Shown: positions 57,460 through 64,000 of the stretch, one piece after another
Position numbering within the stretch: the stretch's first letter is position 1
How the letters are laid out: each line of letters begins with the position of its first letter
Source: a virus
Reading direction: 5' to 3' (one strand)
DNA length: 64,000 nt
Virus record (IMG/VR): IMGVR_UViG_3300037466_002724
Coordinates: 1 to 64,000 of that record
The notes under the pieces: generated by a model
The model's input: only the letters and a program-made list of their open reading frames with translations
Databases searched by the model: none
Told to the model about the DNA's origin: nothing
Program-made: the position numbers and the translations under genes

Positions 57460-59040
57460 ATGACGAACCTTATTGCCACCCCGGGCTGGGATGATGTCCC
57501 GCAAATCGAAACCACTACGCCGCTGCTCGGCGGGCCCGGCGGTGGTTTGAACGGTCCCGCGCAGGCCCTAGCCAACCGCAGTGAACTGCTGTCAGACCGG
57601 GACGATTCGATCAGCTTCGACTCGTTCTCGCCGACAGCTGATGGCGTTACGGATGTGGCTGGCCTATTCGAGACCGTGCGGGATTGGTGCAAGGCTGAAA
57701 ATAAAAAACTCATTGTCGAACCTGGTAGCTACTACCTCTCGCGGCATGTTTATTTCTCCGAGCGCGAGCTGGCCGAGATTCGCCGAGGTGCCAACTTCGT
57801 CAACAAGAAGCTGATCGTATCAGGACGCAGAGACCTGACGCACCACTACCAGAACGACCTACGGCCGCATGCCGACTGGGTCCAGTCCCTGACCTACGGC
57901 CGCGTTCATTTCACCTTCGGCTTCCACTTGCCGTCGGGGATGAACAACCAGGGCATGACGTACTGGAATGGTGCCTATTACGTCGGCTTCGACGTGACCG
58001 GCGGTAATGGGCAGATCAACCGCTACTACGACAACGGCGATCAGGATCTGGGCTACGGCAACGTATGGGTGCCGACCGCGCACACCGCCGAGCTGGCATA
58101 CCGCAAGGCCGACAACCGCGTATATGCAGCCTCTGGCGGAGCCACTTCGCCCACATTCGTGTATCGCCTGTCGGGCACTGGAAACGCAGTCGACATGACG
58201 CTCGACTTTTCGGCGTACGGCAATTCTGGCCTGATCGCGTTCGACAACGACAACGACCTGCTGCTGCTGCACACCGGTCCAGATGACGCATCAGCTAAGA
58301 CCTTCCGCCTGATCGACCTGAACGATAGCAATAGGGTTATTTCGCAATTCACGATCCCGAGTCAGGGCACGCCGCAGGGGCTGGAGACATTCGATTCGGT
58401 GATCTACTACTGCTGCAATGGCAAGGTGGTGCTGCTCGACTATGCCGGCAACATCCTCGACACGTGGAGCTTCGGCGGCATGGTGGGCGAGTGCGAAGGT
58501 ATCGCACTGGTGCAGAACTACGGCGAGCCGTGTTTGGCAATCTCGTTTAACTCGCCGCCGCGGGTGTACACGGTTCGGCCAGCGGGCAGCCTCGCCAACT
58601 TCAAGGGCGTGCAGACCGTTGGCTGCTGGAACCGCGCCGTCGACAACGGCAACAGCGGCCCCGGCACGTCGCTGGTGCCGAGCACGTTCAAGTGCTCAAT
58701 TCGGAAAGTTGGCGCCGGTGCTTCGCCGGACTACGGATGGAAGGTGTCGACCTTCGGCAGCGGAAATCACACTTTCAACGACCTTCTGAACACGCCGACC
58801 ACCAGCACGACGGAAGTGCGCTTCAAGTTCAAGCGCACGTTCTTCCAGTCGATCGTCAACGTCATGTGCTCGACTGGCAAAGGCTCGCCCTACATCGCGC
58901 GTGCCGACTACGACGAGAGCACGCAGGAAATCGTGGTGCAGCTGCTGACTTCGGCGCTGGCCGTGGTGAACCCGCAGACCGCCGCCGACAACCTGCTGTG
59001 GGTGTCTATCGACGGCGGCGTGCGCTACGACAACTACTAG
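57460..59040 (+). CDS. Receptor-binding/tail fibre protein 1
   Basis: N-terminal QIETTTPLLGG..G.LN..AQALANR anchor; GVTD motif; beta-propeller-like body. Confidence 0.7.
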   Translation: MTNLIATPGWDDVPQIETTTPLLGGPGGGLNGPAQALANRSELLSDRDDSISFDSFSPTADGVTDVAGLFETVRDWCKAENKKLIVEPGSYYLSRHVYFSERELAEIRRGANFVNKKLIVSGRRDLTHHYQNDLRPHADWVQSLTYGRVHFTFGFHLPSGMNNQGMTYWNGAYYVGFDVTGGNGQINRYYDNGDQDLGYGNVWVPTAHTAELAYRKADNRVYAASGGATSPTFVYRLSGTGNAVDMTLDFSAYGNSGLIAFDNDNDLLLLHTGPDDASAKTFRLIDLNDSNRVISQFTIPSQGTPQGLETFDSVIYYCCNGKVVLLDYAGNILDTWSFGGMVGECEGIALVQNYGEPCLAISFNSPPRVYTVRPAGSLANFKGVQTVGCWNRAVDNGNSGPGTSLVPSTFKCSIRKVGAGASPDYGWKVSTFGSGNHTFNDLLNTPTTSTTEVRFKFKRTFFQSIVNVMCSTGKGSPYIARADYDESTQEIVVQLLTSALAVVNPQTAADNLLWVSIDGGVRYDNY

Positions 59041-59097
59041 GACCGTCTCCAAATCGTCGTGACACCACAATGACCTCTAACACCATCGGAGGTCATT

Positions 59098-59541
59098 GTG
59101 AAATTCAACGACGATGTGGGCCGGCCTCGCGGCGAGTTCATCCTGAACGTATTCCGCGGCGGCGAGCTCATCGAACAATACCGCGACGCGAACCTGGTCG
59201 TGGACAGCTCGAAGCCGACGCTGGCCAAGCTGCTCGGCGGAACCGTCGCGAACAACAGCGTCACCCAGATCGCATTCGGCACCAGCGGCACCTCGCCCGC
59301 CCCCGGCAACACCTCGATCACCAGCCCGTACCAGAAGGCGATCGACACGGTCACCTACCCGGCCAGCAACCAGGTCTCCTTCAACTTTTCGCTGGGTACT
59401 GGCGAGGCGAACGGGATGGGTATCCTCGAATTCGGCCTGCTGACCACCGCCGGGGCCTTGTTTGCCCGCAAGGTGCGCACCTCCGCCCTCAACAAGGATA
59501 CCGACCTGACGCTGTCCGGATCCTGGATTATTTCCTTCTAA
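59098..59541 (+). CDS. Tail fibre attachment/baseplate protein
   Basis: NLVV...IAFGTSG...EANGMGILEFGLL...LFARK; GGAGG RBS; late motif at 59056. Confidence 0.65.
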   Translation: MKFNDDVGRPRGEFILNVFRGGELIEQYRDANLVVDSSKPTLAKLLGGTVANNSVTQIAFGTSGTSPAPGNTSITSPYQKAIDTVTYPASNQVSFNFSLGTGEANGMGILEFGLLTTAGALFARKVRTSALNKDTDLTLSGSWIISF

Positions 59542-59550
59542 GGGCCGCAC

Positions 59551-61101
59551 ATGGCGAACATCCCAGAGCTCATTCAATACGACGCTGGCATCTACCAGCT
59601 CGAAACCACTGACCCGGTCCAGGGCGGCGTCAACGGCATCGCGAACGCGCAAGCCAAGGGGCTCGCGAACCGCACCGCGTACCTGAAACAACATATCGAC
59701 AACCTGGAGGCCGGCAACACAATCCCGCCTGGCATCGCCAAGGTTGATAGCCAGGCGTTCACTGGTTCGCCGACGGTGCCAACGCCGGCGCGCGGCGACC
59801 GCAGCCTGCTGATCGCCAACACGACGTTCGTTAAGGACGTCGCGCACGGCGTCCTGGCAAAGAATGTAGCCGGCGGCGCCAATGTCACGCTTACTGCGGA
59901 TGAGGCCAGCTACGCCATCCTGGTGCTGACGGGCGCCATCACCGCCAACATCGACGTGATCGTGCCGGCCACCGCGCACAACTTCGTCGTCCTGAACCAG
60001 ACCACGGGCGCGTACACGCTGCGCATCAAGACCGCGGCCGGCACCGGTGTCTACGTCAAGCAGGGCAAAAACCTTGAGCTCGTCTGCGACGGCACCAACG
60101 TCCTGCAGGCCACGACCGATTTCACCGACACGGCGCTGACTGGCACCCCGACGGCCCCGACGGCGGCGATTGGCGACAATAGCACCCAGCTGGTCAACAC
60201 GTCGTTCCTGCAGAACACCATCGGTGGCGTGGTATCCGTCAATGTGGCCGGCGGCGCCGACGTCACGCTGACCCAGCCCCAGTGGGGCTACGGCATCATC
60301 CTGCTGACCGGTGCGATCACTGCCAACATCAATGTCATCCTGCCGACCATCAACGACCAGTGGATCATATGCAATAAGACCACGGGCAACTTTACGGTGA
60401 CCCTCAAGACGGCCGCCGGCACCGGCGCCGTGGTCCAGCAGGGCGCGAGCGTGGTCGCCTACTGCGATGGCACGAATATCGCGCTGGCCGGCTCGACCCC
60501 GGCGTCCACGTTCAACCCGGTGCAGATTTCCGGCACCGGTACGACCTTCGCCCTGACCTACACGCCGGGCAACCTGATCGTGGTGAAGAACGGCGCGACG
60601 CTGGCGCCCACCGACTACACTGCAACCAGCGGCACCAGCATCACGTTCAACACGGCGCTGGTCAGCAGCGATGTCGTGTACGCGTTCGTTTTTTCGTCGA
60701 TCGTCATCGCCAATGCGCTGACCCAGGCGAGCGCGGATCTGCGCTATGCGCTGATCAACAACGGGACGCTGAACAAGCCCACCATCAAGGGCTACATCGA
60801 GCAGCTGCAGTCGCTCACGGGAGCCTTGGTGACGGTCGACCCGACCAACGGCACGATCGTGCTAATCACCACGTCGGCCAACACCACGATCACGTTGCCG
60901 ACGCCGGTCGACGGCATATGCTTTGTGCTGGTTGTCTCGTACGGCGGCGCGCACACGGTCATGTTCGCTGGCGGTGGCACGCTGCGCTGGGCCAATGGTT
61001 CCGCGCCGACAGCCACCAGCACGGCTGGCAAGATGGACAAATACGTATTCACCTGCCTGGGTGGCAATACGCTTGGCCAGGACGGCGGCCGGGGCTTCTG
61101 A
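59551..61101 (+). CDS. Tail fibre protein 2
   Basis: QLETTDPVQGG..G.AN.QAK.LANRT anchor; two ~120-aa internal repeats containing TGxPTxPT fibre motifs. Confidence 0.8.
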   Translation: MANIPELIQYDAGIYQLETTDPVQGGVNGIANAQAKGLANRTAYLKQHIDNLEAGNTIPPGIAKVDSQAFTGSPTVPTPARGDRSLLIANTTFVKDVAHGVLAKNVAGGANVTLTADEASYAILVLTGAITANIDVIVPATAHNFVVLNQTTGAYTLRIKTAAGTGVYVKQGKNLELVCDGTNVLQATTDFTDTALTGTPTAPTAAIGDNSTQLVNTSFLQNTIGGVVSVNVAGGADVTLTQPQWGYGIILLTGAITANINVILPTINDQWIICNKTTGNFTVTLKTAAGTGAVVQQGASVVAYCDGTNIALAGSTPASTFNPVQISGTGTTFALTYTPGNLIVVKNGATLAPTDYTATSGTSITFNTALVSSDVVYAFVFSSIVIANALTQASADLRYALINNGTLNKPTIKGYIEQLQSLTGALVTVDPTNGTIVLITTSANTTITLPTPVDGICFVLVVSYGGAHTVMFAGGGTLRWANGSAPTATSTAGKMDKYVFTCLGGNTLGQDGGRGF

Positions 61102-61760
61102 TGTTTAGCTCTATCGGAATAGCCACCCGCCGGCTGGTCACCCAGACGTTCACCGGCAATGGCACGTGGACAGCGCCCGCGACCACGACGCGGATCGAGT
61201 CGGCGAGCGGTTATGGTGCGGCCGGCACGCCGAGCAGCTACAGCGGCGATGTAAATCAGAGCCACATAGTCGATACGATTCTTGGACAGAATAACACAGG
61301 TAACGGATCCTCGACATCTGGAGCCCGGTCCTGGGATAGCTTCCAGAACGATGCTGTCAGTGTTGCCTCTCACATCAACGGTGGTGGGACAGGGACGGAC
61401 TTGGACTTCCATTACACCGGTCATTTGGCTGATAACACCTATGATTGGGCGACGAATTCGTTTCCTTTCAATAATGCTATCCCCGGAAGCGCGACGGTCT
61501 CCTATAGCTCCGGATGGAAAACTACCGGGGCGGTCGTTGACGGGGACATTGGTTTCAGCACGGTCGCCTGGCGCGAGTACGGCACGACTACGCCAGCCAC
61601 GACAGGAGCCGACACGACCGCCTTCGGCGACACGTTCCCGGGCGGCACTGGTGGTCCGGCGACCCCGACATCGTTCTCGAACATCGCGGTCACCCCTGGC
61701 ACCGCATACCCCATCACGGTCCCGTCAGGCGGATCGTTGACAATCACGTATTACCAATAA
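61101..61760 (+). CDS. Tail fibre-associated protein
   Basis: ATG overlaps the previous stop; QTFTGNGTWTAP...VTPGTAYPITV; central part is lower GC. Confidence 0.6.
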   Translation: MFSSIGIATRRLVTQTFTGNGTWTAPATTTRIESASGYGAAGTPSSYSGDVNQSHIVDTILGQNNTGNGSSTSGARSWDSFQNDAVSVASHINGGGTGTDLDFHYTGHLADNTYDWATNSFPFNNAIPGSATVSYSSGWKTTGAVVDGDIGFSTVAWREYGTTTPATTGADTTAFGDTFPGGTGGPATPTSFSNIAVTPGTAYPITVPSGGSLTITYYQ

Positions 61761-61778
61761 GAAAGGCTGGGCCGATGT

Positions 61779-62663
61779 GTGTCGATTGCTGAAAACCTTG
61801 CACGGATCGCTTCCTTCCTGACGGCTGACACGTCGGGGAACCTGACCGGCACAACTACACCGCCGTCGAACGACAACTCGAAGGCACTGGCCACCACCGA
61901 GTGGTTCAACCTGCTGGCGGCCGCGCATGGTCAGTGCCGGCTGGCTTACGTCAGCGGGACCTCGATTAAGCTGTCCCCGGCCAACGGCCGCAGCCTGATC
62001 ATCAATGGCACGGCGCAACAGGTACCGACGGCTGGCGTGACGGTCTCCAACTCGGGACTTGCCGCCTCGACGCTCTACTACGTGTACGCATACATGAATG
62101 CCGGTGCGATGGCGCTTGAGCTGTCTACTACCGGGCATTCCACCAACACGAATTGTGTCGAGATCAAGAGTGGCGACGCATCGCGCACGCTCGTCGGCAT
62201 GGCGTACTTGAACGCCAGCTCCCAGTTCCAGGACGATACGGCCAACCTGCTGGTGCTTTCTTACTTCAACCGCAAGCGCAAGGTGGGCAAGGCGAAATTC
62301 ACGGCCGATCGCTTCATGGCGTCCAGTGTTGGCGTATTCAGCGAAGTCAACACCGAGATCCGCGTGACTTTCCTGACGTGGGCAGACGAGCCGGTTCGCC
62401 AGGCCATTTGTGGTGGCTGGACCGTCAATGGCGCGGCCACCGGTTACGGCTATGCCAACATCGACAACGATACAAGCGGCCAGCGTGCCTGGTGCTCGAC
62501 CAGCTCGAACACGACCACCACGCTGAGCTCGGTCGACGAGCGGTTCGTGACCGAGGGCTATCACTTCGGCTCGCTCACCGGCAACTGCGCCAGCGGCACC
62601 AGTGTCCAGTACATCGGCGGAAAGAACGGCGAAGTGAGCCACGTGCTGACTGTGGCGGGGTGA
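61779..62663 (+). CDS. Tail fibre-like protein 3
   Basis: TPPSNDNSKALATTEWF fibre repeat; GLAASTLYYVYA. Confidence 0.6.
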   Translation: MSIAENLARIASFLTADTSGNLTGTTTPPSNDNSKALATTEWFNLLAAAHGQCRLAYVSGTSIKLSPANGRSLIINGTAQQVPTAGVTVSNSGLAASTLYYVYAYMNAGAMALELSTTGHSTNTNCVEIKSGDASRTLVGMAYLNASSQFQDDTANLLVLSYFNRKRKVGKAKFTADRFMASSVGVFSEVNTEIRVTFLTWADEPVRQAICGGWTVNGAATGYGYANIDNDTSGQRAWCSTSSNTTTTLSSVDERFVTEGYHFGSLTGNCASGTSVQYIGGKNGEVSHVLTVAG

Positions 62664-62745
62664 TTGGCGGCGCGCTCGTTGGGCGGCCGTCGTGACGATA
62701 CGATTCTGAACAGCAACTTCACAATCCTCTTCTAAGGCGCCCGAT

Positions 62746-63021
62746 ATGGCGAGTTCCCAACCCGACAACCGGGTCCGCTTCGACCGAACGGTCAACCTCG
62801 GTCACATCCTGACATTCATCGGCTTCCTGATCACCGCCGGTGTCGGCTGGAGCACGATGGACCGCCGTGTGTCGGTGCTCGAGGACCGGGTCGCCATGCA
62901 GCGCGAGCGTGATTCGATGCAGGACGCTTCGAACAAAGACAAGTTTCAAGAGGTGCGCGAGAGCCTGCAGGACTTGAAGCGCAGCGTCGAGAAAGTAGCC
63001 GATAAGGTGGGGGCAAAGTGA
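62746..63021 (+). CDS. Lysis-region membrane protein (1 TM + coiled coil)
   Basis: TVNLGHILTFIGFLITAGVGW; follows the late motif at 62689. Confidence 0.6.
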   Translation: MASSQPDNRVRFDRTVNLGHILTFIGFLITAGVGWSTMDRRVSVLEDRVAMQRERDSMQDASNKDKFQEVRESLQDLKRSVEKVADKVGAK

Positions 63022-63320
63022 TGAAGAATTCCGTGGGGTTCCTGGGCTCGATCAAGGACAAGATGCGCATGTTTCACTGGGTGCTGATCTCGATCGCCCT
63101 GTATGTCGCGGCTGCGATACTGGCGGCCACGCAGTCCCTGCCACAGGTGCAGGTCGTGCTGTGGAAGCTCGGGCACATCACCCTGGCGGCTTTCGTCGGA
63201 TACTGGGTCGACCGCCACGGCGCCCGTGATCGGCTCACAGAGACCAGCCCGCCGCATGCGCACCTGCGCCGGGCAATCATCATCGGCGCGGCGATGCTCG
63301 CCATCGCCATGGGGCTTTAA
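63018..63320 (+). CDS. Putative holin (2/3-TM family)
   Basis: LWKLGHITLAAFVGYWVDR...LRRAIIIGAAMLAIAMGL. Confidence 0.75.
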   Translation: MMKNSVGFLGSIKDKMRMFHWVLISIALYVAAAILAATQSLPQVQVVLWKLGHITLAAFVGYWVDRHGARDRLTETSPPHAHLRRAIIIGAAMLAIAMGL

Positions 63321-63385
63321 GATAACGGTCTTGGCTGTGGTATTATTGTTTAGCACACCTTCGTGCTACTTCTATTTCCACAGTC

Positions 63386-64000
63386 ATGAACCTGAAACAC
63401 GGTATGTACGGCACCCCGACTTACAACTCGTGGGCCGCCATGAAGCAGCGCTGCTATTACGAAAAGCACATTGAATTCGAGCGGTACGGAGCACGCGGTA
63501 TAAAGGTTTGCGAGAGGTGGCACGACTTCATTGGCTTCTTTGCTGACATGGGTGTCAGACCCGATGGGTGCACGATCGACAGGATTGACCCTGACGGTGA
63601 TTACGAACCAGGCAACTGTCGATGGGCTACAGGAATCGAGCAGGCCAACAACTGCGGCTCTAACCATGTGATCTGCTGGCAGGGTAGAGCACTGACTGCA
63701 GCAGAATGGGCACGCGAAGTTGGGTTCAAGAATGGCGGCGTGATCACAAAGCGGCTTCGTAGGGGGTGGTCAATTGGAGATGCCCTTGGGAAGCCAAATG
63801 GCACGTTCGTGAATGAGCCTGGTGGGAAGGCGACACAGTTCCAACCCGTGACGTTAGAGTTTAATGGGGAACGAAAGAGCATTTCAGAATGGGCGCAACA
63901 CTTAGGCTTTGCCAATCCATCGGCTATTTCAAAACGGTTGCGACGTGGCTTGCCATTGTCGGATGTACTGTCGCCACCTCAGCGCAAGCGCAAGAACTGA
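63386..64000 (+). CDS. HNH-type homing endonuclease-like protein
   Basis: KHGM..TPTY.SW..MKQRC...YGARGIKVCERW...TIDRID.DGDYEPGNCRWAT; lower GC. Confidence 0.82.
   Translation: MNLKHGMYGTPTYNSWAAMKQRCYYEKHIEFERYGARGIKVCERWHDFIGFFADMGVRPDGCTIDRIDPDGDYEPGNCRWATGIEQANNCGSNHVICWQGRALTAAEWAREVGFKNGGVITKRLRRGWSIGDALGKPNGTFVNEPGGKATQFQPVTLEFNGERKSISEWAQHLGFANPSAISKRLRRGLPLSDVLSPPQRKRKN

Noticed and set aside
57460-62663. Invertible tail-fibre (shufflon) system
   Set aside because: All fibre genes are on one strand; no invertase or inverted crossover repeats were seen.

Overview
A GC-rich segment of a large tailed phage or prophage with a contractile tail (myovirus). A betaproteobacterial host is an inference only. 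The window runs from the terminase genes through portal, head, neck, tail, baseplate and fibre genes to the holin. A ~12 kb accessory block between terL and portal carries two DNA methyltransferases, a papain-like protease, an AraC regulator, an acyl carrier protein and small early-type genes. The portal-to-protease region holds polyvalent/DarB-like proteins, a tRNA-Tyr and an origin-like repeat region. Three sequence-level systems stand out. (1) Seven copies of a bipartite site: an inverted-repeat core CCWGA-N7-TCWGG plus a tandem GGGCGC-N5-GGGCGC placed 58-59 bp away (50 bp in one copy). It has att core/arm-like geometry and splits the accessory block into cassette-like units. (2) Nineteen copies of a late-promoter-like motif GTCGTGA-N4-A-N3-T, nine of them positioned for leaderless transcripts. 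(3) A shared hydrophobic ILFxK(A/S) / LxK(S/A) peptide tag on head proteins and putative head-packaged cargo enzymes. Protein calls come from motif recognition by eye; no database searches were run.
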